From UHGV virus genome UHGV-1374897: a stretch of 64,000 nucleotides of DNA; one strand, given 5' to 3'. A program made the translations under genes and the position numbers. How positions within the stretch are numbered: the stretch's first letter is position 1; each line of letters opens with the position of its first letter. Source of the stretch: a virus. Under the pieces are notes generated by a model. The model saw nothing but the letters and a program-made list of their open reading frames with translations. It searched no databases and was not told the origin of the DNA. Shown piece by piece: positions 46,463 through 57,000 of the stretch.

Positions 46463-46706
46463 ATATCTACTGGAAACCTTCTTAATGGAATACCCGCGAG
46501 CAGGAATCATTGCGGTGATTCATCGAAACTACCGTATCGCTATGTTCCCCTATCACAGGAATGAGGATGAGAAGGGACTTCCGACAAGAGACTTCGCCCT
46601 CGAAATGGCAATCGAACTTCGTGACAAGATTAAGAAATGCACGACGGAAGAATCCGACACGGGGATTACCTTCGTCGAAAAGGAACAACCAATCTTCAAT
46701 GACTAA
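46449..46706 (+). CDS. paralog-array member 7 (85 aa, divergent)
   Basis: IAMFPYHRNEDEKGLPTRDFALEMAIELRDKIKK retains the motif spacing. Confidence 0.55.
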   Translation: MTNDKYLLETFLMEYPRAGIIAVIHRNYRIAMFPYHRNEDEKGLPTRDFALEMAIELRDKIKKCTTEESDTGITFVEKEQPIFND

Positions 46707-47136
46707 CAAACGCAGATTCAAAAAGGGAGACCTTGTTCGGTTCATCAACACAGGAAGACATCCCGGGAGATGTCTAGGTCTAGTGGAAGGTTCCCTCATG
46801 TATGTTCAAGAGGTTGAGGATAATAACTTCGAAATCCTTGTCAAGGACAGAGACAACGCATGGAGGCGGCTTCCCTTCTACGAGTTTGAGCTAGTGGAAG
46901 AGACCGAACATGAAGTCTTCGTCCGATACACACGGGACGAGGCTATCATCCTCTTCAACTATCAGCCCGTTCTCCGCATACCTACCAGATATAAGCTGGG
47001 CGACCAAGAGGTTGACATGTGCTGTGAGGTAGAGGACTGGGCTAATCAAATCGTTGAGGACCTTAACGAGCATGTCATATTACCAGATATAAACAAAACC
47101 AAAAACGAAAATGAAAGCAGGACCCGGAAAAGTTAA
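46699..47136 (+). CDS. small protein (145 aa) with the N-terminal KRRFKKGDLVRFINTGRHPGRC motif
   Basis: The ATG at 46699 overlaps the previous stop; paralogous to 47111..47626 and 37764..38171. Confidence 0.5.
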   Translation: MTNKRRFKKGDLVRFINTGRHPGRCLGLVEGSLMYVQEVEDNNFEILVKDRDNAWRRLPFYEFELVEETEHEVFVRYTRDEAIILFNYQPVLRIPTRYKLGDQEVDMCCEVEDWANQIVEDLNEHVILPDINKTKNENESRTRKS

Positions 47137-47626
47137 GACCAGATTTAAGTGCGGGGACATCGTTCGCAGAGTAGATACGGGGAGATGCGGGACCTGCGGG
47201 GATAGCATCCCAACAGGGTCTATCCTCCGGGTAATGTCCGACGAGGATGTTGCTGGTGTCGTTCGTGTCCATTACCCTCAAGCGGATAGTGAAGACGAAG
47301 AGATACAGGATGTCATGTGGTATGAAATCGAACCCGTACCCACGGAAGCCAAGGTAGAAGTAACCTCGGATATAGTTCGAGTTAAGTTGGACACCTATGT
47401 TGTCGCAGGAATTACCAACGAAATCCCCACCCCGTTGGGCACTCTTCATTTCAAGCAATGGGGTGAAGAGATTGCCCAGTCGATGGCTAACATCATTAAC
47501 CTTCAAATCTCATTGGGGAAGCTAACCCCTGACGGAATCAAAGTAGAAAAAACTAATGACAAGGAAAGACAAGATAAAGGAAATACAGAAGTGGGCGGGA
47601 ACTTCACCCGACGGTATCCTTGGTGA
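47111..47626 (+). CDS. small protein (171 aa) with the N-terminal KTRFKCGDIVRRVDTGRCGTC motif
   Basis: Paralog of the previous gene. Confidence 0.5.
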   Translation: MKAGPGKVKTRFKCGDIVRRVDTGRCGTCGDSIPTGSILRVMSDEDVAGVVRVHYPQADSEDEEIQDVMWYEIEPVPTEAKVEVTSDIVRVKLDTYVVAGITNEIPTPLGTLHFKQWGEEIAQSMANIINLQISLGKLTPDGIKVEKTNDKERQDKGNTEVGGNFTRRYPW

Positions 47627-48314
47627 TAAGACCATTGATGCTATATGGAAGAAGATACAACCCACGGTTTCCGTGGAACCCGATGAACAACCCAACGATT
47701 CCCCGGTATCCGCGGCATACGTGTCCCCGGCAGAGCTTGTCCGCAAGGGCATGGCTAAGAAGATTCTCAACATGGAGGATTACAAGATTACCGGGCCGGA
47801 ATCTCTGCGCGTAACTCGCCTCCCCTCTGGCGACGGCGGCGGCACGTGGGAGATTGCCGGTATCTGTGATGGGATTGAACCCAAGGAATTCAATCTAATC
47901 AAATCCATGTTGGACCGGGGCGATAGAGAAGCGGCATGGGATGAATGCCTCCGCTATGTTCTCGCTAATACGGAACCACTGGTTGCCAAGGGAGTTGCAG
48001 GATGCTACGCCATTGAGTTCATGCTTCGCGACATGACCTTCAACATGGGTGTGGCGGGAACGACTAAGGTCGTCCAGCGCATGCTCGACATTGGTATTGA
48101 CGGCAAGTGGGGGAAAAATACCCAAGCCAAATGGACACATGCCATTCAATCATGGGATGAAATGGTAGTCCTCGATTTGCTGGACCGTGCTTGTCGTGCC
48201 CGCTATCATTCCATTGTAAGGGCCAATCCGGTGAAGGAAAAGTTCCTTACGGGCTGGATGAACCGATGCGATGCACGACATGCTTACGCCCTAACTCTGT
48301 TGTCAAGGAAATAA
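47556..48314 (+). CDS. endolysin candidate: muramidase-like core flanked by peptidoglycan-binding repeats (252 aa)
   Basis: Peptidoglycan-binding-domain-like repeats (SPDGILGDKTIDAIWKKIQ; GIDGKWGKNTQAKW) and a GH108-like DGGGTWEIAGI segment. Confidence 0.45.
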   Translation: MTRKDKIKEIQKWAGTSPDGILGDKTIDAIWKKIQPTVSVEPDEQPNDSPVSAAYVSPAELVRKGMAKKILNMEDYKITGPESLRVTRLPSGDGGGTWEIAGICDGIEPKEFNLIKSMLDRGDREAAWDECLRYVLANTEPLVAKGVAGCYAIEFMLRDMTFNMGVAGTTKVVQRMLDIGIDGKWGKNTQAKWTHAIQSWDEMVVLDLLDRACRARYHSIVRANPVKEKFLTGWMNRCDARHAYALTLLSRK

Positions 48315-48327
48315 GTGGGGAATTTTC

Positions 48328-48384
48328 TTGACCCGTTAAACCCCAAATGATAACATGGCGGCAAGGTAATTCCTTGCCGCCATG
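48328..48384 (+). promoter_or_regulatory. sigma70-like promoter TTGACC-N17-TAACAT followed by the hairpin CATGGCGGCAAGG-taatt-CCTTGCCGCCATG, which includes the start codon of the next gene
   Basis: Consensus hexamers; perfect 13-bp IR (48353-48383). Confidence 0.45.
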
Positions 48385-48804
48385 TTTAAATTCGTCGCAC
48401 AGCTTAACACCATTGACGGCAACGTGTGGACTTTGCTTCTCACTCGTATCGTCGATGAAATGTCTCCCGCATATCTCGTATTTGTGGGAGTTATTTACGT
48501 GGCAGTAAAGCTGGCATATAAGTACCTCTCAAAAAAGATAGAGTTTAGTCTTGACAAGGAGAAGTCCTTTCTCATATTATTGCAAGAAGCTCTAAGAGTT
48601 ATATCCGAGTTGGATGATTCTCTAGACCAATTACATGGAAAAATAGACAATCTACGAAGCGACCATGAAGAGATAATCGACCGCGCCTTCTGCGCTATCT
48701 CGCAACAAGATACACCCCCCTCCGACAGAAATGAAACTATTCAATCTGTTCCGAAAAAGCCCCGAGCAGGAACAACTCGAAAACGAGTTGTCTCGGAATC
48801 TTAG
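48382..48804 (+). CDS. membrane protein (1 TM), holin or spanin candidate (140 aa)
   Basis: TM segment LVFVGVIYVAVKLAY; adjacent to the endolysin candidate. Confidence 0.4.
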   Translation: MFKFVAQLNTIDGNVWTLLLTRIVDEMSPAYLVFVGVIYVAVKLAYKYLSKKIEFSLDKEKSFLILLQEALRVISELDDSLDQLHGKIDNLRSDHEEIIDRAFCAISQQDTPPSDRNETIQSVPKKPRAGTTRKRVVSES

Positions 48805-49243
48805 TCAGTTGCAAAAACGAATTCGCGCGTGTGGCGAAAAGATTCATGCACGGAATCAATTCTATGCCTCCCTTCCTCTTGGTCGCGAGGGTGAGCTAAA
48901 ACTGCCCAGAAACCAATGGGCCTATTTTTTACGAGGGAAAGTAGGAATTCGTTATGACGGCGAGACCCTTACCTCTTCGGTTACACAGGTTAAAACTCGT
49001 GAAGAAGTTCAACTGCCAAGAATTATTGACGCGGAGAGAAGCCATAAATTACTTGTCATACGAGGATATGTTATTGACAGGAGAACAAACCGCACCTATT
49101 ATCGGGGCGAGACAGTAAGTTTTCAGCGGGGAGAACCAATGCAATTAACGTTGAACGGACATGTGCACATGTTGTGGACACCCCCGCTTCCCGGTGCAAT
49201 CATGCCGTTCTATCAAACCAATATACATGGCCTTAATTCCTAA
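48731..49243 (+). CDS. hypothetical protein (170 aa)
   Basis: ORF. Confidence 0.4.
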   Translation: MKLFNLFRKSPEQEQLENELSRNLSQLQKRIRACGEKIHARNQFYASLPLGREGELKLPRNQWAYFLRGKVGIRYDGETLTSSVTQVKTREEVQLPRIIDAERSHKLLVIRGYVIDRRTNRTYYRGETVSFQRGEPMQLTLNGHVHMLWTPPLPGAIMPFYQTNIHGLNS

Positions 49244-52118
49244 CACTCCGGCCTCCAACCCACAGCCTCCGACGATACCCATTGGAACCACGGATTCCTC
49301 GTGGCGCAATGGGTTCAGTCCTGACAGGCCAATGGGTGAGCCGATAATTAACTTTCCCACTCCTGTGGTAAAGAACGTGATGTTCTTCGTTGAGAGGATT
49401 GCCAAGAATCCCAGCGAGATTACCATTGAATTGGGAACTCCGTTCGTACCCACCGCAGGTACGACCTTCCTCCCGTTCATGCGGGATGCAGTTCTCGTGC
49501 ATGTCGAACCCGTCAATGAGGCGGCGAGACAGCACGTTTATCGTTTCTACTACATGGTCCCGCCGGAACAGCAGTTCCGATATAACATTCAGGACATGAA
49601 GAAAATCCGTGACGGCTATACGTTGAAAGATACTGCCGCTACGGGTAAGTTCATGGGTCCGGATGCAGACACGGAAGAGTTGAAGGACTTCTACGAGATT
49701 ACACGGGAATGGGTGGAACCCACGGATTCCGCGTATGCCCCGCTCCCTCTTGGCTCGTTTGACCCCAGCAACGAAAAGCTTGACCCTGACTTCTATGACC
49801 AGCATTTCTACACGGCATACGATGCCCAGCTGGTATATGAAGAAGTAGCCCAGTTCGAAGAGGAACACCTGCGCAAGTACTTTCGTAGGGTCATCCGTGT
49901 GTATAAAACCCTGCCCGGCCCGGTGGTTAAAGAGTTCGTCCCTTATAACATTTGGCAGAAGGGAGATACGGTGTGGGATGAAGGTGGTCCGGGAACGTCC
50001 CTGCCCGAATCTGAATGGGTGGCGCAGACTGCAATTAAGTTATCGAGAGAGGTCTGGGCCGCGCCGCTTTGGCCCGTCGATGGCGGAGGGAAGGAACCGG
50101 GACAGGCTCGCATTCCTCACATGCCCCTCCTTGAACTGGACAATAAGCCCGTTAGTGCTGGCTGGGACAAGGGCAGTTATCCGAGTACGCAGATGTACAC
50201 CCTTGTATCTATGTACAAACGGAACAGTAACATTGCGGAGAAAGAGGAACAGAACAGCCTCTCCGGTAATTGTTGTAACCCTGATTCCCGTTTTGTCCGG
50301 TGCATCAATACAACCGTGACGACTAGCCAGTCCGTTGACTGGACAGCGAACGGCAATGTCCCGGCGATTGACCCTCCTGACCCCGGCGAGAACTGTAGCC
50401 AATGGCGTGTAGATTCCTCTGTGGTGGTCCATGAAGGATATAGCCACAAGGAAACGCGAAAGAGTTGCACCACCTACGACCAGATTGATGAATTCTGGGA
50501 ATCCTCGTTTGACAGGATAACCAATCAGGTCTATCCTGTACTGCGGAAGATTGTACATAATCCGAGCACTGACTTCGATACCGATTGGCAGAAGGAAGGA
50601 TTCACCAAATACACGGATGCCGTGGGCAATACCTACTATGGCCGGAAGCTGGAAACCCCGGAAACCGAGGAAGCCATTACCATCCCCGACACGCCGTGGA
50701 CCAAAATCGGATATAACCTTTCTGACTTTACTGCGGTTGAGGATTCGGTCCCGGCCACGGGTATGCTCCATACCATGTCCCTCATCAATGGATGGAACGA
50801 CCCCAGTTACCCCCAGTTCGCGAATACTTTTGCATTGCTCGGCTCGTTTAGTACGGACAACCAGCATGCTGACCGAGGTATGAACGTGGGCATCCGGTTT
50901 AAGGGTATGCGCTGGTGGAACATATATATCCAGAACAGCTATCCCGAAGTCCAATCCCCCGGCACGATTGAAGCAGGATATTATTACAACGCCCCCAACC
51001 CTGACGGTCCGTGGCTGACACAGAACGGCCAGTACAAGATTGGGATGGAAGCGATTATCCGTGATACCCTCTATGCGGAGGGCGTAACGAGCGCACCGTG
51101 GACGTTCCCACTGGGCGTCATGGATGGTACTGCCATCTACCAGCGAGCCAATGGATATAACCCAGAGATGAAATTCTCCGCGGGCACATTGCCCTCTGGT
51201 ATTGGCAACGTATATCTGGATGTGGAGAACGGCCAGCTGAACATGACCGCCATTGTCATTAACCCCAATGGCAATGCCATCAATGGAATCATCCCCATCC
51301 ACATCAACGGGACAGAGGTCTTTAATATTGAGGTAGTCACGACTAGCAATACAGGACAACCCGACCTGCCGGAACCTACGGTCAATACATCGAACGGCGC
51401 GAAGACTAAATACCGTGCCGGGAACTATGTCCTTAACGCCGCAGTTGCCGAGAAGATTACCCTGACCTACGACGGAACGAAGTTCCCCTACTTCCAGTTC
51501 GGTGTCACTATATGCAGTCTCCGAGGCAATACGTTCAAGGTCACGATGAGCGACAAAATTCAGCGCGTCGTCCTGCGCCAATGGGTGAACCCCTGCTACG
51601 CCGTAGATAGTTACATGCAGATTCCGGGAATCGGGTACTACAAAAAATATACTACGACGATGAACTACAGTTTTCCCGCCGTGCTCGGTACAGTTCGTTG
51701 GGTTCCGTGGACTACGAGGCCCGACCTTTCTGGCAAGAATGCTGGACAGTACTTCCCGCAGACCACGATGAAGAGGGACAGCTATTCCGGTCCCTGCACT
51801 GCCGTGGTTGAAGAGGCATTCTCCCCTGACGGTACATGGCCTAAGGGCTGGGGCCTAGGTACTTCACCGCAGTTCACGACGAACAGCGGGTACTTCTCCA
51901 CGCCGCTTTGCGATTACCGTATGCCCGCATGTCTCCATGCGCCCATGAATGTCTCCGTAACAATCGGCAATCAGGATGCCAAGTGGCTTCCCGGTGCGTT
52001 CAATACCACGTTCGCCGGAACCTCCGAGACTGACTGGAAACCCGTGACCTCCTATTACGCATCCCCATGGAACGGCGGCATGTTGTGCAAGAAAGTAACA
52101 ATCTATCCTCCCAATTAA
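49227..52118 (+). CDS. large virion structural protein (about 963 aa), tail or receptor-binding candidate
   Basis: The ATG at 49227 (MALIPNTP) overlaps the previous stop; Trp/Tyr/Asn/Gly-rich beta-type composition. Confidence 0.4.
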   Translation: MALIPNTPASNPQPPTIPIGTTDSSWRNGFSPDRPMGEPIINFPTPVVKNVMFFVERIAKNPSEITIELGTPFVPTAGTTFLPFMRDAVLVHVEPVNEAARQHVYRFYYMVPPEQQFRYNIQDMKKIRDGYTLKDTAATGKFMGPDADTEELKDFYEITREWVEPTDSAYAPLPLGSFDPSNEKLDPDFYDQHFYTAYDAQLVYEEVAQFEEEHLRKYFRRVIRVYKTLPGPVVKEFVPYNIWQKGDTVWDEGGPGTSLPESEWVAQTAIKLSREVWAAPLWPVDGGGKEPGQARIPHMPLLELDNKPVSAGWDKGSYPSTQMYTLVSMYKRNSNIAEKEEQNSLSGNCCNPDSRFVRCINTTVTTSQSVDWTANGNVPAIDPPDPGENCSQWRVDSSVVVHEGYSHKETRKSCTTYDQIDEFWESSFDRITNQVYPVLRKIVHNPSTDFDTDWQKEGFTKYTDAVGNTYYGRKLETPETEEAITIPDTPWTKIGYNLSDFTAVEDSVPATGMLHTMSLINGWNDPSYPQFANTFALLGSFSTDNQHADRGMNVGIRFKGMRWWNIYIQNSYPEVQSPGTIEAGYYYNAPNPDGPWLTQNGQYKIGMEAIIRDTLYAEGVTSAPWTFPLGVMDGTAIYQRANGYNPEMKFSAGTLPSGIGNVYLDVENGQLNMTAIVINPNGNAINGIIPIHINGTEVFNIEVVTTSNTGQPDLPEPTVNTSNGAKTKYRAGNYVLNAAVAEKITLTYDGTKFPYFQFGVTICSLRGNTFKVTMSDKIQRVVLRQWVNPCYAVDSYMQIPGIGYYKKYTTTMNYSFPAVLGTVRWVPWTTRPDLSGKNAGQYFPQTTMKRDSYSGPCTAVVEEAFSPDGTWPKGWGLGTSPQFTTNSGYFSTPLCDYRMPACLHAPMNVSVTIGNQDAKWLPGAFNTTFAGTSETDWKPVTSYYASPWNGGMLCKKVTIYPPN

Positions 52119-52123
52119 AGCTC

Positions 52124-52867
52124 ATGGCATTTATTACTAAATCCTATTTGACCTATCGCAATGTTTGCGACGAGCTTTGTATGCTCATCACAAACCAGCC
52201 GCCATCCAAGTCCAATGTTGACTTCCGTCGCATATTGAAGGAAGCGCAGAACCTCCTGCTCAATGAGGCCACGGTATCCCCGGATTCCGTGGATACCTTG
52301 GACTTTGAAGGAATCCCTCGCGGGGGTTCTATCTCCCTGCCCGAAGAGTATGATAGTATTGTCGAGGCATGGTCGCCCAGCGGTAAGAAATACAACATCA
52401 TCGACCGGGCCATGTTCGAAAGCAACACTTGGTTCCGTTCCGAATATCCGAAGCACGATAGCGGCTATCATGCTATCATGCTGGACATGGGGCTGAATGA
52501 ACAGAACCTCCGCACCTACTCGGTATTGTCTGGCAGTAACGGCATCAACGACAACCCCGCGAGCAACGTCATGACGGTTTCGGCACGGTGCGCATTGCGC
52601 GGCCTGTCTCTTAACATTTATGATGACGCGGCATGGGAGGACAAGGAGGTTCGTATCTACCCCGGATGTCTTCCCGCATTGAAGGCGATGATGCTGGCCG
52701 TGGTCTATAATGAACAGGGCAACACCCAAATGGGGACGGACAGCTACGGCCTTGCCGTCAAATACCTGAATGACCACCTGCGCAAATATCGTCAGGGAAC
52801 GTATCAGGCTCCGAACATTATTCAGAATGGCGGCATCATGCAATGCCCCGGACTTAACCTCATGTAA
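52124..52867 (+). CDS. hypothetical virion protein (247 aa)
   Basis: The ATG at 52124 directly follows the previous stop. Confidence 0.4.
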   Translation: MAFITKSYLTYRNVCDELCMLITNQPPSKSNVDFRRILKEAQNLLLNEATVSPDSVDTLDFEGIPRGGSISLPEEYDSIVEAWSPSGKKYNIIDRAMFESNTWFRSEYPKHDSGYHAIMLDMGLNEQNLRTYSVLSGSNGINDNPASNVMTVSARCALRGLSLNIYDDAAWEDKEVRIYPGCLPALKAMMLAVVYNEQGNTQMGTDSYGLAVKYLNDHLRKYRQGTYQAPNIIQNGGIMQCPGLNLM

Positions 52868-52869
52868 TC

Positions 52870-53967
52870 ATGGCTACCAAACGTACAGACATATCGAGCG
52901 AGACGAGCGCGAGCGGGGGCATCCCCGCCGCCAAGTCCATTAAGCAGAAGACGATGGACGAGGTGCTTCCGAAGACGAACCCCGACATCCCCCTCCGTCC
53001 AATGAATAACAACGACCCGAACAAACCCGTCGACGCGAAGGAGATGAACACCATCGCCGCGGCCAATAGTAACCACGGCATCAAGAATCCCCCCGCATCC
53101 GCGGCTCCCACGGCGGCCCAGTCTCCTAGTCCCTATGGGCGGGGGATTACTGAGGTCGACCCCAACAGCGCGGCCTACGCCGCCCAGCAACGGGCGACCT
53201 ATGCGGCGGGCATGCAACAAGCCGCGGCGGGGAAACTCTCTGCGGAGGACAGGCTTATGCTTCGTGGCGTGGACCAGAACATAAGCCGTGGGCAGATGCC
53301 TGTCATATCTCCGACTATGCCGACACAAGCGACGGCTTCCACGGGTTCCAAGGGTTCCGCTCCAACCGCTAGCCCCGACACCTCTATGGCTGGGTTCTAT
53401 GCGTATGCGGAGAAGAAGCTTGGCCCGGAGAAGTTCCAGATATTCATGAACATGCCGGATGCGGATAGGAACGCGATGTATAGCAAGTTTGTAGAGAGCC
53501 AGACCAAGAACGTGCCCGCCGCGGGAGCTACCGCGGGAACTACTGCCGCCCCCTCTGGCTCTAGGTTCCCCGCCTCTGCTCTCCCCTCCGGCAATTCCTC
53601 CATACCTACGAGCGTCCCGACGACTGCGGGTACTGGCACGGCCGAGAATATGCTACGAACCTTGAGGGATGAAACCGCCAGCCCCGAAGCGAGAGCACAG
53701 GCGCAAACATACCTCCGCGTCCGAACCATGTACGCCCAGCCGGAAAAGTTTGGTAAGGAGATTAAGACCCTCGAAAAACTGGAACGGGCTAAAATACAAG
53801 AACTGCGCAACATGTTCAGGAATCGGCACAACATCCGGGACCCCCGCTTCGCTCGGCAATACGCGCAGTATAAAGCCCTACAGAAGAAAGACCCGCAAGC
53901 GAGGCTCGCCCTCTACACTGAACTGATGAAGGGACCGGAGTTCACTCACTTGGACTTCCGAAAATAA
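52870..53967 (+). CDS. Ala/Pro/Ser/Thr-rich low-complexity protein (365 aa), internal-virion or tail-assembly candidate
   Basis: ORF immediately upstream of the giant gene. Confidence 0.4.
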   Translation: MATKRTDISSETSASGGIPAAKSIKQKTMDEVLPKTNPDIPLRPMNNNDPNKPVDAKEMNTIAAANSNHGIKNPPASAAPTAAQSPSPYGRGITEVDPNSAAYAAQQRATYAAGMQQAAAGKLSAEDRLMLRGVDQNISRGQMPVISPTMPTQATASTGSKGSAPTASPDTSMAGFYAYAEKKLGPEKFQIFMNMPDADRNAMYSKFVESQTKNVPAAGATAGTTAAPSGSRFPASALPSGNSSIPTSVPTTAGTGTAENMLRTLRDETASPEARAQAQTYLRVRTMYAQPEKFGKEIKTLEKLERAKIQELRNMFRNRHNIRDPRFARQYAQYKALQKKDPQARLALYTELMKGPEFTHLDFRK

Positions 53968-53989
53968 TTTGTCATAATTAATATTTCAC

Positions 53990-54041
53990 TTGACCCTTGC
54001 CCCACTCATGATAGGATAGCGAAGACCCACATGAGTGGGGC
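53990..54041 (+). promoter_or_regulatory. sigma70-like promoter TTGACC-N16-TAGGAT with the -10 inside the loop of a 12-bp-arm hairpin (GCCCCACTCATG ... CATGAGTGGGGC)
   Basis: Consensus hexamers, perfect IR, A/T-rich upstream element. Confidence 0.45.
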
Positions 54042-54069
54042 AAACTTATTATACTAATACTCAACAAAT

Positions 54070-57000
54070 ATGGCCATTGACTTTAGTACCGCCAATATGT
54101 CCGACTTCACTCCGAAGTCGGGAAGCAGTATTGCACGTGAACAGCGAGCCGTAGAAAGGCACGCCGCGTGGCAAGAGACGCAAGCGCAGAAACAAGAAGA
54201 CAGAAAACAGAAAGCACTGGACCGCGAGCAAAGGCTAGCGGAAAAGAGACAGACCCGTGCGGAGAAAGCCGCAGAAGCCACCGCAGAGTTTGACACCTTT
54301 ATCGTTAAGTCCGTGGATGCCTTTGCGGAGAAACAGAAAAAGGATGCGGAACACGCGAAGAATGTAGAATGGCAAGATAAATCCCGCGCCCATACGGAAC
54401 AAGAATGGAAAACCGCCGAGGAAAATAAAGCCCTCGACATCTTGAACAAAGGAAACCGTGGGTACAGCTTTGAGGGAATCGACTACATGAAAGACTATGT
54501 AGAGCGCGGAGAGGATGCACTGGTTGATTTGACGGCCGCCGCTCGTGGCGATAAGGATGCTATTAAAAAGATTACGAATAATACGGGCATCGTCGCAGTC
54601 CTTTCCTCCGAACTTCCTCCCCAACATTCTGCATTCTTATCCCGCTCTGGCTTCGGAAGTGGAGAGGACGGGAACCCCGTCGTAACGGAAAAGTTCCTCG
54701 CTATTGCCGCGGACAGAAACCGTAACGCAAAGGCGGTGGCCAAATCCATTGCCACCACAATGGAGAAGGCCCGGAAGGATTACCTCAACAAGAATCTAGA
54801 TGTTGTGTCTGGTAAACCTACGGCACAAGCCATCGAGACCGCACCTATTGCTTACACCGCAGAAGAAATAGAAAGCGTCATCAATACGATTAGGCGCGAA
54901 GACATTGGCAACTATCGTGCCGCTAAGGCTCTTTACGACAAACACCGCTCTTCTTCGACGGAGGGCGTGCAGAAGAAAACCCCCAGCCAAACGAGCGTGG
55001 GGGAGCTTGGCGTTGGCGAATTCTCTGATTCAGCACCTTCATTTACTGGGAATGTTTTTGCTGAACTCGCCAACCTTTCCAAGTCTCCCAGCAAAATGTT
55101 CCGACTTGTCCGCGACTACGGGGATTACCTGTCCCGGAGTACGGAAGATATTAAATCCCCGGAAGCCAAGGAATCCGATTCCCTTTCTCCCGCCGCTAAA
55201 CGTGCAGGGGAAATGGCAGTAGCGCAGGTTAAAGCCGTGGACAACATTGTCTCGCGGATGGAAGAGAGCTACACCGGATTGGATGCCGTGGGACTAAGGG
55301 ATGCTCTCCTTAACCCCGAAGCAGTAGCTTCTGCGGCATTGGCCCTTGCCCCCGGCGTGGACATGGATGCAGTGCGCGAACGAGCAAATACCTTAGCCAC
55401 CGAGCGTCATGCCGTGGTAACCTCCGACTACCAGAAAGCAATGGCTGATGCCATGATGGAAGAATTGGCTACAAGGTTTCCGGGGGTTCCGAAGAATATA
55501 TTACTACAGGCCGGGACGACGAAACTGATTCAGGACTATACCACCAAAGCTACACCGAGAGGCACCCTCATGGATGCAGTCAAAGGCGCACTGGCTAACT
55601 ACCGAAGCGCGGCAGGACAAGTTGCGGACGTACTTACCTTCCAACCGGGGAATAGTGTGGGCAAGACCACTGACCCAATGAGTACGATGGAATGGAGGAA
55701 GGGAACGAGGCACGGCTCTTGGGAGTATGGTGTAGTGGGAGGCCCTGCCTTTGAAGTAGGTCCCGAACAGTTGAAGGAATACATGGCCCAGTACCATATT
55801 GAAAGTACTCGCGATGCCCTTAACTCCCTCTCCCATGCCGCACGTATGGGTGACTTGGGCGTAGGTCGTGGCAGTCTCTTTGCGTACAACCCGCACACCA
55901 AGGAAGTTGATACGAACGCCACACTCGAACTGAACCCCAATGCTCTCTACAATGATAAGCTGATGGACCAGAGCATAGAGGCTCTCCGTGCTAGTGGCGC
56001 GGACGAAGGTCTCATCAATCGCACCATTGAGAAGTTCCAGAACCTCCGCAAGAAATCCGCACAGGAACTTGTGAAGGACAACATTGCATTGGACGAGACG
56101 CTGGGGACGCTTCGCGATACGTGGCTTGGCTCCGGCTTGCAGTTCAACCCTATCTTGACTGAATCCATGAAGCATCTGGACAAGCACCTTTCCTTCAAGA
56201 ATTTTTACAACGAACAGAAGGAAGTGGGCAAGAGTGACGAGGACATCCTCTCCGCATGGCAGGAGAAAGGGCAAGACACCATCAACTCTGTTCTCCGTGG
56301 GTTGCAGATAGGTACACACAAGGCAATCGACCTTGGGACAGGTGCCGCCTATGGTGCTCTTCTCTTTGCACAGAATGCAGTTGGCAGTCGTGCGGCGATG
56401 GAACATACCCGCACCCTCTGGGACCAGCTGAACAAAAAACAGGAAGCGGAAGCTGAACTTGTTCGAGGCAATATCCTTGCGGATTATACTGCGGAAATCG
56501 CTAACCTCGGCTACCAAATGGTAGCAACCGCGGGGGCTGGTAAAGTTGGCGGCCTCGCTGGGCGTGCACTGGAACGTACCGCGCTATCGCGGTTCGCGAA
56601 GGCAACGGCTAACGTTGTAGCGAAGCGGGCAGAAGCTCTTGTCCCTGCCGCCCGTCCGGGATTGGCGGGACGTTTGAGTGGAACTATTCAGCGCAACCTC
56701 GACAACCTTGCGGCGTTGAACCTCGAACGGGCAGGAGCTGGAGCCGGGGTAAATCTTAGCATCATCTCGCAGGTTGCACCGAATGCTTACTCCGACATCT
56801 TCTATACCATTTATGATAGGGAGATGGAAGGGAAGGAACCGACTGCCGAGAACACGAACAGGGCACAGAGCATTGCCAACATGCGTGCCCTCTTTGGTGC
56901 GGCTCTCGTATCTACTGGTAGTACTCTCATCAACAACCGCGCAGGTATGGATTCCTTCATGCGTAAGATTGTTGGGGCTAAAAACCTTCGCGGTCAATCT

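Noticed and set aside
45049-46706. Paralog array as a diversity-generating retroelement target
   Set aside because: No reverse transcriptase gene and no template-repeat/variable-repeat pair with adenine-specific differences is present in the window. Variation among copies spans all base types
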